This document shows, piece by piece, positions 1-13,107 of a DNA stretch of 64,000 nucleotides. Within the stretch, counting starts at the first letter, position 1. Each line of letters starts with the position of its first letter. Both the position numbers and the translations under genes were made by a program. The notes below the pieces were generated by a model. The model ran no database searches. It was not told the DNA's origin and saw nothing but the letters and a program-made list of their open reading frames with translations. Source of the DNA: Tubiluchus corallicola (Eukaryota > Animalia > Priapulida); contig JAQGDQ010000273.1 in the NCBI GenBank assembly GCA_030141605.1, positions 1 through 64,000 of the forward strand, in the 5' to 3' direction.

Positions 1-638
1 ACGTTGTTATCAACAATAGCCGTTGCGTTGTTTGCATTATTGAAACTCAAGTTCCCCAGAAACAAATCAAGAACGATCGTGACCAATGTCCACATTAACT
101 GTAACCAACCATATTGGACTGTACTGGACAGAATTTTCAATGGTCATTGCGTGACCGGTCTCACATAATTCCGAATTTCTTATTATTAACCAGTAATTTT
201 ATCACTAGGCCTAATTGTAATTATTATTGTTATCATCTGGGACAAATTTCGATATTAAATTTCATATTCCTGATTGAATCCGCCCTCTTTTATCTCATCC
301 TGTGAAGGAAAAGCAAAGGGTGCATTCTATTCTTCAAACTTCCGGATGAGGAAAAAAGTTTGCTTTAGATGTATTAATAGGCTAGAGAAAGGTGCACCAT
401 GCAACAAAATGCAAGCTATTCATCTAAAGAGAAGTCACAAAGGTGCACGCAGAAAAAGCACACTTAAAATTAATCTAACACGGTGCGTCTACGGAATTCG
501 CGAGATCAGGTTTGACTGTCGAAATACATCGTCTTGGACAAGTTATGGACTTCATTTCATTCAAGATTTTATGCGTGGTGGACCATTGCAATCAGTTCAG
601 CAGATATTTGTCAGTGTTTTGTCAGTTCCCAATAGCTT

Positions 639-672
<34 letters not shown>

Positions 673-2179
673 CCACCATCATCATCATCATCACATCTTC
701 TTCATCATCATCGTCTCTATTCTCATCATCATTATCATCATCAACATCATCTAATAAGTGTAAGTATCTCCGAGCTTAATTACAAATTAATATTTGTTTT
801 CAAAGTTGGGCTAAACTAAGCATTTTTTTCAAGAACTAGGGCCTGAGGCAAAGTTAAATATTTTTACTATTGCCTACCGAAATGTGGGCGAAGCTGTTTA
901 ACAAGCGGAGCTTTACAATGAAGCAACTAGATTAAAAAACAAGCAGCTAGAGGTCTCTATGCCAGGCCCTGATAACTACGGGATCATGCTCGCTAAGATT
1001 CTATTCAAATCAAAAATTTCATACAGCCAAACCTGATCGAAAGCTGGATCATGAACTGGGCTACTCACTCTTAGTACACATGCGAAATCTACTGCTAAAG
1101 ACTCTATAAATAGTTGGTTAGAGAGGCTATTTACTGAGTTTGACGTAGCAGGATCGTCAGTCGTAGAGCGAGAAGAACTTAGGATTTGAGGCGTTCCGCC
1201 ACCAGTTGCTAGCGCCCAGTCCAATCCCATAATGCGTAGCTTGAAATTTAAGGAAACAATGCGAAAATAAGAACAATGATTGTTTCCTGCGGAATCTAAC
1301 GCAAACGATTGTTGTTAGCGTCACACCGCACACTAACACACGCACACACGCACAATAAAAGCAGACAATGTTCTAAGAAATCACATTAAATACGTTACGT
1401 AAGTAGAAAACTACTGCAGAAATGAAATTACAATACAAGATAGTACACGTAGGATGCTATAAAGCCAAATGAATATGTGTATGCGTGTAAATGTAAGCAC
1501 CCATGTCATGTGTGGCGTGAGAGCACGTGCATGAGCACCCAGTTCATGAGACAACACAATCTATATACATCAATATTATAATTGTGCTGCCACAATGAAT
1601 ATTTGTATTGTGTAACGTAATTTTGAGCTTGATTTAACGTATGGCCGCCTTATGGCATGTTTACAATATTATTTCCATACATTCCTTGCAACAAAGACAT
1701 GGAAATAAACAAATGATTGGCAATAATTATTGTAAACACGTCATAGCCATTATTTTAGCATATAACATTGCAAATCAACATAATTTTTGGTAATAACACT
1801 ACTAACAATAATCACATATTATTAACAGATGTATAATAAAGTGCCTAATAATGCAGTTTTGATGACAGTTCTGTCTTCCACGTTTCAAGCTCGTCATTTT
1901 TGCGTTCAGTTTCCTGTTCAGTAATATATTACACAATATACATCACGTTGCCAGAAAATTCGTCAAATTAATATTTTAGTATAGGTAAACCAGAAGTGTA
2001 AATTGATTTTATTGGACTGACGTTTTGCAGGTTAAGCTGCCTAATGAACTTAGAGCAAAGTGTGGTAACTGTAAATGGTAATGCATCTACAAAATGTGTT
2101 GACTACTCTGCAACCCTCTGTAATCATCTGTATAGTAGTTACATAGTTTGGCAGTTGCATTTAGAGAGCAATTAAAAAC

Positions 2180-2450
2180 AATAATAGTGATGCCTTAGCA
2201 TTTTGTGATATTATAGGTGTACCTCAAGGATGCAGTTTTTGTCCATCTTATTCTCACTTTATATTTAACTTTCATCAGAAAAATATCATCTTAGCAGCAC
2301 TAACAACGCCGCTTAATGGTGATGCCTTGGCATTATATAGGTGTTCCTCAAGGATGTAGCTTCTGTCCCATCTTCTTCTCACTTTATATTTAATGTTCAT
2401 CAGAGGAATATTAAGCAATACATCTTAGTAGCACTAGTAATACTGCTTAA
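2180..2450 (+). repeat. Tandem duplication (~130 bp x2) of a LINE RT fragment
   Basis: Both units contain ATAGGTGTWCCTCAAGGATG (GVPQG). Confidence 0.6.
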
Positions 2451-2904
2451 TTGTTGCTATAAATGGGAAATTTTGGTAAGCTCTTATATGACATAAATAG
2501 TTCTAAATTCTTTTACTAATTCTCCATTCTGCGAACCTACGATAACCACATTTGTCAGTTCGCCATTTTTCCTTCTAGAGAAGCCTGACAACTGCCATCA
2601 AAATTGCAATTATTTCCCAAACGTCGACCATATTTATCATATCGCCACGTCTTGCGTGATTTGCATGAAGTTATTTGGTAACAAAAACTCAATATTTAAA
2701 AGCACACAGTTAGTTTGTCATGCTAGCATTGTACCAGATGAACTGTGGCAATGATACATGTAACCGGGTGTGCATTTGAACGAGAAGTAGTAAGCATCGG
2801 TCGCATACGCTGAGCAAAAATCATAAACTGCAAAGTAAAAAATACGCTTTGGCTAGAGAAGGCACTATCAATTATTCTAGTTACGTATTGGTATAGGTGA
2901 CCGG

Positions 2905-3125
2905 TAATAGTCACAGGAAAAAGTCACGGAAAAAGGCACAATTATCATTAGGAAAAAGTCACAATTTTTTTGTCTAGGAAAAAAGTCACAAATAATTTTG
3001 ACTAGGGTTAGGATTAGGGTTAGGATTATAGTTAGGGATGTGGTTAGGGTTGTGGTTGTTTCTTTTTCCTGCACTTTTTTCCTGTGACTTTTCAAAGTGA
3101 CATTTTTCTGTGACATTTTTACACT
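2905..3125. mobile_element. Foldback MITE-like element with (TTAGGG)-like core
   Basis: GGAAAAAGTCAC repeats on the left, inverted GTGACTTTT/TTTTTCC repeats on the right, GGGTTA-like spacer. Confidence 0.65.
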
Positions 3126-3649
3126 GAAACAAACGACTATTATGTTTAACGGGAAGATCGACTACGCAATTTCACGGAAAAAGAAATAGCGGTTGAAAAG
3201 GCATATTTTGGAAATCAATGTCAGACTGCAGGTTATTCTGCTGGCCTATTTAACTGTCGTGGCAGTAGCAGGACTGGCACCTGTTAGTTTACCAGAAAAA
3301 AAATTATGAATGAAGTGACTTAGTTAAAAAATAAAAATTCTCCCCCATTATGATTAACCAGCATTTTTCGAGATGGCGCCATACAGGATGCATAGGAACT
3401 CATTGGTGTGAAGGCGACCGATGCCAACTACTCTCTAATTTCGTACTAAGATATGATTACAATGTAAGTTCTCATGATTATAGATAGTGCTGCATGCGCT
3501 ATAATCTTGTAATCAGTGCATTTGTGATTTTGAGAAAAAAAATTTATTTTCAAGCCTTATCATCATTCACTTTTTGTGTCATGTATCATGTATACATTAT
3601 CATTATTCATTTTTATTCAAGATGGAGAAATTGCAAATCAGTAACTTAC

Positions 3650-3745
3650 CTGCACTTCTAAAGCATGATATGCTATGATCAGTCCTACCAAGATCACAGT
3701 GGATATAGTGATAAAAGATTTGAGCCCCAGGGAATAAAAAGACGT
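3650..3745 (-). CDS. SK: SK channel coding exon 2 (S2 helix)
   Basis: ttttccttttcAG|ACG...CAG|GTAAGT; 96 nt, phase 0/0; translates TSFYSLGLKSFITISTVILVGLIIAYHALEVQ, the SK S2 segment, in frame with exon 1. Not in the ORF track. Confidence 0.96.
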
Positions 3746-3817
3746 CTGAAAAGGAAAACAATAACTATATTTTACATGACTGAAAGCAAAAAAGCTTTAC
3801 AACAACTTTGCCAGCAA

Positions 3818-3975
3818 AGCAAAACCGGGCCCAATCTTAGCTGTATGTCAAAACAATCTACTATTTAAAATATTGAAAGGAAATATAATATTTTTTAAAA
3901 AATGACTTACGTGAAAGAATTATTATCACACAAACACAATTTCGCTTTCGCGCCACTAGTTCTTCACAGTTACAT
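3818..3975 (+). mobile_element. Family A terminal fragment ~70 nt from the SK exon-2 acceptor
   Basis: AGCAAAACCGGGCCCAATCTT...GCGCCACTAGTTC matches the family A end. Confidence 0.75.
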
Positions 3976-4040
3976 GACAATAACGACAATGATGCTATTG
4001 ATAATGATGATGGCCACGACGACAATAATGACGATTATAC

Positions 4041-4071
<31 letters not shown>

Positions 4072-4684
4072 AAGGAAAAGAAGAAGAAGACGATGACGAT
4101 GATGGTTGAACAAAATTAACGACAACAATGACGCCGATAACGATTTATAGGCTGTTCCGTTTAAGTTGTAAAGATGTGAAAAATCAATATTTCTATTTGG
4201 CAAACTGACAAAGAAAGAAGATGGTAGTTGTCTAACAACGTGCTTATTTTTCTCCTGTTTGCTGTTTCACGGGTTAAAAGTTGAGCAAATGTCGGCAGGA
4301 AATTAAACTCAGTCATTTCCAAATAAATTAGTTCGTCTGGGCGAGAAATATTATCATCGTAAACGAAATGCTGGCGATAATTTCGCCAGTGTGTCCATAA
4401 ACGGCTCCTATGGGAACCAGACAAACGCGCGTTCACTTGTTTTCCAATGCCTGGCGCAACTATATCCGGTTCCGAATCAATACGCACGGTTGAAATTAAA
4501 TAGCGCGGCGAAACCTTATTGCGAGAATTTCGATTTGTTGTTTTGTGTAAATAATATAATGCTAGAGAAATTACTGTCAACTGTAGACGGGAAACTATTT
4601 CTACAGTGAAAAGTTAAAGGGCATTAAACCGCGTGCAACGCAGAGGCTTGCACATAGAGGGCGTTCAGAAAAAATGTCCTTCAG

Positions 4685-5455
4685 ATAAACCTTTTCACAG
4701 ATTGATGATGATCGTGAAAAGGTCAAGGGTTAAGCGTATCAGACAACACATTTGTGTACACTTGACAACGCATCGTAGCCAATGCCAAAGCAGTTTTAAC
4801 AGGTAGCTAGAACCTTGCCTAGTTCATTTTTTCTTGTTTCCAAGTAAGATGCTTCAACGCGCACACAATGCATAATTAAGTAAAGTCCACCTAAAACAAC
4901 TCAAGTTACCGAGCTGATGCAGCAGACGGCTTTGCCTTTCACACACGTCACGTGACAGTTGTAGCAAATACGCGTTGCTGTGGTACATGTAACCTTTGAC
5001 CCTCAGCAACTGCTCGTGCGCACAACGAAATTGTGAAAAAGCTTATTGATCTCGTAACCCTTCATGCTTGGCATGGGCATGTTTTTAAAAGAGACCCATG
5101 TCAGCATCTAAGACCCAAAGGAAGCGTCGCTAGGAAATCTGGGGGATGGGTCTTGGAGGAAAACGTGACGTGACATTTAGGTAAAGTAAAGCCCTCTGCT
5201 GCATCAGTTCAATAACTTTAGTAGTTATACGTGGACTTTGCTTAACTATGCATTAGTCTGTGCATAGTGTGATTTACTAGCAGGATATTGCATGGGAAGA
5301 AGAAAAATTAACTAGGTAAGATTTTAGCTAGCTGTCAAAACTGTTACTATTACATGGGCTGCGTACACAAGTACACACGTGTACACAAGGCTGGCGCATT
5401 TAACCTTTGACCTTTTTGCGATCATCATCAACGCTGGAACTTTGAAAAACGCACA
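4685..5455. mobile_element. Two family B copies in inverted orientation (4685-5047 +, 5165-5455 -)
   Basis: CTAGAACCTTGCCTAGTT at ~4808 is the reverse complement of AACTAGGTAAGATTTTAGCTAG at ~5310; colinear throughout. Confidence 0.78.
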
Positions 5456-5780
5456 GGTCTTTGGAAAAAGGACGAATCGAGCTACAGGGGTTCTTATCTC
5501 CCCTTTACAAATGCCTTTACATAACTCTAGAGCAACAAGTTACTTTACGGGAACATTTTTCTGGACGATCCTGTACACGATGAAAGTTTTTAAATCACTG
5601 ATAAATGTAACACAAAGTTCTAATTATTATATCATTTTTAATATTCACATATTTAGTACGTAATTATTAATACCATAACCATAATCTAAGAAACGTGGAC
5701 ACAAAATAAATATTCAGTTTCAGTACAGGAAGGATTTTCCTTCAACAAACTTTTAAATACGTTAATCAAAAAACCAAGAT

Positions 5781-5920
5781 GACCCATGACACACTTTGTG
5801 TTTTTTATTGTTCAACAACATAAGTTTGTAGCGTGTCAGCAGCTTACTATACCCATGACACACTTTGTGGTTTTTATTGTTCAACAACATAAGTTTGTAG
5901 CGTGTCAGCAGCTTGCTATT
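5781..5920. repeat. Near-perfect tandem duplication (~69 bp x2)
   Basis: ACCCATGACACACTTTGTG...GTGTCAGCAGCTT twice. Confidence 0.9.
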
Positions 5921-6219
5921 CATCTGCAGTGATTTAATAAATGAACTGTAAAAATAATCAACATGTACAGTATCAAGTAGCAACAAAAGGACTACAGAAA
6001 GTTTCCTAACTAAATTAATTAACCTACAGCATCCAGCTAATCGACTAATTAAAAGAGAAGACAAGTCAAATGCAGTTCACTGAGCTAATTTCCTGAGCGA
6101 TAAAAGGAACAAAAAAATTAAGTGCAATTGACTGGCTGAGCAATAAAAAGGACCAGAATTAAATCAATTGACTGTATCAAATTACTGAGCAATAAAAAGA
6201 ACAAATATCAAATATGTTT

Positions 6220-6450
6220 GTAGACTTTATTTAATTATGCATCAGTCTGTGCATAGAGTGATTTACTAGTAGGATCTTGCTTGGGAGCAAGAAAAAAGAA
6301 CTAGGTAAGGTTCTAGCTAGCTGTTAAAACTGTTACTATTGCATTAGCATGGGCTACGAGGCGTTGTCAAGTGTACACAAATGTGCTGTGTCGTACATTT
6401 AACCTTTGATCTTTTCACGATCGCCATCAATCGCTGGTACTGTAAAAATG
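6220..6450 (-). mobile_element. Family B partial copy
   Basis: AGTCTGTGCATAGAGTGATTTACTAG...GAACTAGGTAAGGTTCTAGCTAGC. Confidence 0.75.
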
Positions 6451-7437
6451 ACTGCAGCAAACTAGAGATTAAAAAAAACAAAGCAGATTCAATCTACCCT
6501 TGCAAGTTAGTGAGTGATAAAAAGAACAAGCCAGATGCAATGTACCAAGCTAGTGCATTTTTTAAAAGAACACCAAAGTCAAAATGCAACGTATTGCAGA
6601 AAGCTATTGGGTAATAAAAAGAACAAAAAAAAAGAGAAAATTCAATCATCTGTAATGTCTTTACTAAATTCAATCTAATGTAGTAAGAAAATAAAATAAA
6701 AACAAAGACAAGAATCCTATCGAAGGTGACCTTCAAGAAAACTACAGTTGGTCTAGGAATAGTCTAGGAATTTGGAACTACAATAGGTCTAGGTCTATTT
6801 GGCTAGCAAAATGACAAAATGGCAAAACGGTGGGTAATGAAAAGAAGAGAGAAACCCTAATGCAGCTACTCTACTGTAACTTTATTGTGCAATAAAAGGC
6901 ACAAAGAGAGCACAGAGAAAACGAAACACTTTCAGGAATCCTCCTGTGCCCAATGAAACCCTGCTGAGAGAGCTGAAATGGGATTTCGCTTAAGTCTGGA
7001 AGAATCCTTGGCCTGGCAGTCTGGAATGAATCAATTCGTTTGCTGCTTTCAAACACGTCCCTTCTCAATGTCACCATTTTTTCTTTGCCGCCCCCTGGCA
7101 TCTGTTAGAGACAGACTCTAACTGTAAAACCCGAATAGCTGTACTTTGCTTAAATTGCAAGATTCCCCCAAGGAGGTTGTTTGTTGCCATTTGACAAGTT
7201 GTCTCTCTTTGAGTTGAATGATCTTATCTGTCGCAGATCGATTTCACAGAATGATGAAAAATGTGGATCTGGATTTGGGGATTTTGTAGACTTGTGGATT
7301 TCGATTTCTGTCAGTCCTATAATCAATTATGCTTAAACTAATGATGAAAAAGATCGAAGCCTCAGTTTTTACAGAAGGAGATACAATATGACAAAAAATC
7401 TTGACTTTTGCAGGTTTTATAATATGTATACATGCTA

Positions 7438-8290
7438 TAAGTATAAGTGTAAGTGTAAGTGTAAGTGTAAGTGTAAGTGTAAGTGTAAGTGTATGTGTAG
7501 GTGTAGGTGTAGGTGTAAGTGTAAGTGTAGGTGTAGGTGTAGGTGTATGTGTATGTGTATGTGTATGTGTAGGTGTAGGTGTAAGTGTAAGTGTAAGTGT
7601 AAGTGTAAGTGTAAGTGTAAGTGTAAGTGTAAGTGTAAGTGTAAGTGTAAGTGTAAGTGTAAGTGTAAGTAAAAGTGTAAGTGTAAGTGTAAGTGTATGT
7701 GTAGGTGTAAGTGTAAGTGTAGGTGTAGGTGTAAGTGTAGGTGTAGGTGTAGGTGTAGGTGTAAGTGTAGGTGTAGGTGTAGGTGTAGGTGTAGGTGTAG
7801 GTGTAGGTGTAGGTGTAGGTGTAGGTGTAGGTGTAGGTGTAAGTGTAAGTGTAAGTGTATGTGTATGTGTATGTGTAGGTGTAAGTGTAGGTGTAGGTGT
7901 AGGTGTAGGTGTAAGTGTAAGTGTAAGTGTAAGTGTAAGTGTAAGTGTAAGTGTAAGTGTAAGTGTAAGTGTAAGTGTAAGTGTAAGTGTAAGTAAAAGT
8001 GTAAGTGTAAGTGTAAGTGTATGTGTAGGTGTAAGTGTAAGTGTAGGTGTAGGTGTAAGTGTAGGTGTAGGTGTAGGTGTAGGTGTAAGTGTAGGTGTAG
8101 GTGTAGGTGTAGGTGTAAGTGTAGGTGTAGGTGTAGGTGTAGGTGTAGGTGTAGGTGTAAGTGTAAGTGTAAGTGTAAGTGTAAGTGTAAGTGTAAGTGT
8201 AAGTGTAAGTAAAAGTGTAGGTGTAAGTGTAAGTAAAAGTGTAAGTGTAAGTGTAAGTGTAAGTGTAAGTGTAGGTGTAAGTGTAAAAGT
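7438..8290. repeat. Compound hexanucleotide microsatellite (GTGTAA/GTGTAG/GTGTAT)n
   Basis: Direct inspection; internal ~324-bp higher-order duplication. Confidence 0.97.
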
Positions 8291-8339
8291 ATAATTATTA
8301 TGATGACTAATTTATCGGAGATACGAGATATACACTGCA

Positions 8340-8890
8340 CAAAAAACAGGTGCTGTGCCTCTCAGTTCAGATGTGTTAGTTTGCGACGAACTGCACACGT
8401 TCGATAGGTCATGCGTGTTGCGTTCCTATGTACAGGATCAATATTTTTTTCTCTCATTATGTTGTGTGCTCAATAAACAGTATCTATAATAAATATTAAA
8501 GGAAAATCAGACGCAAACTTAAACTGGTATTCAAAACAATCTACTCTTTAAAATATCGAAAGGAAACATACTATTTTTTAAATTAAAGAATAATTTACGT
8601 GAAAGAATTATTACCACACTAAAGTAACTTCGTGTTCTCGCGACTAGTTCTTCGCTGTTACATGCATTTCGCCATTCGTTAGTTAGACGGGCACTAGGAT
8701 CTGTATTTCGGAAACGCGCTGAGCAAAAAACAGGTGCTGTATCTTTCACTTCAGATGCGTTCGTTTGTGACGTAGTACGTGCTTGAGCACAGCTGAAAAT
8801 TTGAAATCTGAATTCTTATCTTAAAATTTGCCGAGTTTCTGTATATTACAGTGAATGCTATATAGTAGCACTGCACTTCAATTTTCGCTA
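8340..8890 (+). mobile_element. Family A fragment (8340-8420) plus copy (8496-8890)
   Basis: TTAAAGGAAAATCAG start; shared core AAAAACAGGTGCTGT...TTCAGATG. Confidence 0.75.
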
Positions 8891-9426
8891 CACGTGCAAC
8901 ACGTTTAAGACAATAATATTATGTAGCCGATACAAGATTTCACGACGAGTTTCCCTAGCTTTATGTAATTAAAGTGTTTTCTTGTGCTTTAGCTTTTATT
9001 ACGTGTCACAGTTAATAATAAATTTCTCTATTTGAAGTTTTTCTATAACATAGTAACTAGGAGAATGGCTTGTATTATGCTTACTTGATGTAAAGAAAAT
9101 TTTACATTCTTTTGTACTGCGTTTTTCTTTGAGTTACTTGCAGTTCAACCATTTTCTCCAGACTCCAGTAACTCTGAACTCTCTCAAAAAACTCTATAAA
9201 CATTTACAGTTTTTATTTTACAGACAGCAAAGTGTGGATCAAAAAAAGAAACCACCCAACTGACAATTTAAATAAATCTCTAGAAGTTGATCCTGAAAAT
9301 TCTCTGCGTGTTTCTAGTTTACGTTTACATTTTCTAAACATATTTTGTTTCTATTGAGACAAAATTTTTCAATTTAATTTGAAAAACAGAACTTGAAAGC
9401 TTCTAATAAATTTTATGAAAAATATA

Positions 9427-9471
<45 letters not shown>

Positions 9472-9494
9472 AAAGATAGGTTACAAATTATGAA

Positions 9495-9675
9495 CGTCGA
9501 AGTACAATGCTACTGTGTAAGATATTCAGTGTGTTGTACTAAAACTATACAAGTTTTAAGATAAAAATTGAAATTTCAAATTTACCACTGTGCTCACGCA
9601 TGCGCTGACGAACGTGTGCAGTACGTCAGAAACTAACAGATCTGAATTGAGAGCTACAGCACCTGTTTTTGTACA
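9495..9675 (-). mobile_element. Family A internal fragment
   Basis: AAGTACAATGCTACTGT...TACAGCACCTGTTTTT. Confidence 0.7.
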
Positions 9676-10179
9676 ACGATTTGATTTTGCTTTAACTTTT
9701 TCAAAGGAGGAAACGCTCACAAAATGGCTTCCCTTGGAGGATTCTTTCAGTACTGAAAATTTGCTGCTTTTGGTGCACATCAGAACAAATGAAGAAGATG
9801 TTTTGTGTCAAAAATGAGTGGCGCACTGATTTATATTTCATGCGGTTGAAAGTAGTTCTAGAAGAGAACATGACGATTTAATTAGTTCTGAAGGACAAGA
9901 AGCTCGCATGCCTTGTAATCCAGTAGGACAGAGGATTACGAAAAATGAAAGATCTGTTTTTTGATTAATGATTCACTATCAATTTAATTATTGAATGAAG
10001 GTACCAAGTTCTTGCCTTGAGGAGTTCCGTCAAAGAATATTAAGTTTGTTTGCTTCTTGTCTTTGAAATAAGATCAGACGCAAGAGAAAAATCCGGGACA
10101 AAATGTTGGTGTTGTGGCATGTTGAGGTATGAGTTATTAAAGTGTTTATCTTAAGGCTATGCCAAGAAGGCAGAAACGT

Positions 10180-10857
<678 letters not shown>

Positions 10858-12300
10858 AAGATACAGACAGTCGCAACATCCTAATTTAAACGTACGTTTC
10901 GTTTAACCTTACCAGTAGTTTCACAGAAAAATAAAAAATAGATTGATGACGTAATTGCATATCTGATGTCTGTTTTTCTTTTTTCTTAAAGCCATTAATA
11001 CAAGTAACATTCTAACGTCGCCCGCATTTCGTCGACTTGTCAAAACTACAAGTTGCAGATGTCCAGGTCACGTGGTACAATGAGAAACGGAAGTTGACAA
11101 GCGCTGAAAACTTTCGCGGTTTCGCGTTTCCGCTGCAAAAATGCCAACATTCGAATTGTTGCAAAACACGAGCCGAGTCTGGAATTCTTTGGGACCGTGT
11201 ATAGGGGACCAGCCCACTGAGAAGGATCATCTCGTGCACGGTAGCTGACAGGTTGGCCTAGAATTCCAGTCGAGTTTTGGTTTAGTAAACCATAGAGAAC
11301 GCCTGTTCATAGGTAAAGCCCAGTTCACATTTATTTGCTTCAGAAAAGTTGTACAAGTACAAACCTACGTATGCTACTAAACAAATAAAACAACAAGAAA
11401 GGTCACGTTATGCAGTTTTTTATGTGCCATTGTGTTTATTACTAAAATTCGAAACCACAAACAATACTCCAACATGTTTCAATTTAATTAGTCAGTTAAT
11501 CATGTTTAAATTTTGTCAACACGAGACTTAATAACAACAACTGAAACTGAATTAGACATAAATCAGTTTATCTTGACGGAAAGGACCGTTTTGCTGCCAC
11601 CTGTAATCAGTTTTATTAACTAAACACAGAGAAATGACCTTTAAAATAAATTTCAGGAATGCTTTAGCCTGTCAACTTCAAGGGTAATGGCTTGTGTTTT
11701 CTACTGCAAGCTGCATTACTGCACACATTGACAGAACCTACTCAATATATATGGGTGTGGCGGGACCGAAACCTTTGTTTCGATCATTTTCAATTATTTT
11801 TCGAGACACTGAGCCAGAAGAATAGCTTAGCTTCTTTCAAATGCACAAACTTCCTCTTTTGGTGCACTAAATAACCAAACTCAGTATGTGAATAAAAAAA
11901 ACCGCCTAGATTGCGCCTTGAACCCGTCATTCACTGAACTACTTTAGCATCGTTTTCTTCGATTACGCGCCATGACAACTCGGGCTATTAATCCTGCCTC
12001 TCGATATCATAACATTTATGCTTAATCGTAATATAAACATAATTATTTAACAAGCATGTAAAAGTAGCTGTAAATTCTACTGCTATCGTGATTATGATAT
12101 CCCATAATGCGTTTAAAATAGTTTAATGGCGGCTTATTACCGAGAACTTATCCTACGAACAGCATGTTAGCAATTTATTGTGAAACTGTTAAGTTATAAA
12201 AGTGGAAACCAGGCAGGATGGAATAGTTCTGCCCCCATGTTTCGTTTCCAAGTCAAATATTTTAGAGCAAGATTGTAAAACTGTAAAAGTTTCACCGTTT

Positions 12301-12581
12301 TCTACAGTAGGCAACCGTTGTGCACTATATTTAACAATGGCTCTACAGTAGGTAACCCTTGTACACTATATTTAACAATGGTGCTACAGTACGCAACCGT
12401 TGTACACTATATTTAACAATGGCTCTACAGCTGACAACCCTTGTACACTATATTCAACAATGGTGCTACAGTACGCAACCGTTGTGCACTATATTTAACA
12501 ATGGCTCTACGTAACCTTGTACACTATATTCAACAATGGCGCTACAGTAGGCAACCGTTGTACACTATATTAAACAATGGC
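12301..12581. repeat. Minisatellite, ~41-bp unit x7
   Basis: CTACAGTAGGCAACCGTTGTACACTATATTTAACAATGG repeated. Confidence 0.9.
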
Positions 12582-12629
12582 CCCAGTATTTAAACAGTGG
12601 CACAAGCAAGTGCTTGAGGTGCCCGACGA

Positions 12630-13107
12630 CATCAATAGTGGGTGAAGCCCAACTATTGATGACATCACAAACTAACATAATTTTCAACAGCAAAAATAAT
12701 CTACGAATACGATTCCCGTGTTTGCGAAAGCGAAAATTAAAGTACAGTGCTACTGTAAGATATTCGGTGCGTTATACTAAAGCTAGGCAAAAATTCAAAT
12801 TTCAAATTTCCGCTGAGCTCACGCTTGAGCCGTCGAACGTGTGTAGTTCGCCACAAACTAACACATCTGAACTGAGAAGTACAACACCTGTTTTTCGTGC
12901 AATGCGTTTCCGAAATGCAGGCGCTAGTGCCCGCGAAATGCACGTACTAGCAAAGAACTAGTGGCGCGAACGCGAAAATATGTTTGTGTGGTAATAATTC
13001 TTTCACGTAAGTCATTATTGAAAAAAATAATGGTTTGTTCCTTTCAATATTTTAAAGAGTATATTGTTTTAACCTACAGTCTAAGATTGGGTCCGGTTTT
13101 CCTTTAA
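12630..13107 (-). mobile_element. Family A copy, one end truncated
   Basis: Shared core (AACACATCTGAACTGAG, AATTCTTTCACGTAAGTCATT); ends GGGTCCGGTTTTCCT|TTAA. Confidence 0.8.

Noticed and set aside
3000-5455. Inverted repeats promoting circularisation of SK exon 2
   Set aside because: No family A or B copy is visible on the downstream side of the exon (1-3649) within this window.
6871-7101. ORF with PRILPDLSEIPFQLSQQ resembling a PIF1/Helitron helicase C-terminal motif
   Set aside because: The following conserved motif (A.TI.KSQG) is absent; similarity too short to support.
7388-8340. Long ORFs such as (CK)n, (VS)n, (LH)n, and the poly-L/A/N/ER/SL/YHIIS ORFs elsewhere
   Set aside because: All are stop-free frames of microsatellites, open in several frames and on both strands, with no splice or domain support.
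12301-12581. Regularly spaced ~41-bp repeats resembling a CRISPR array (also 47480-48420)
   Set aside because: Units are contiguous with no unique spacers, the context is eukaryotic and there are no cas genes; these are minisatellites.
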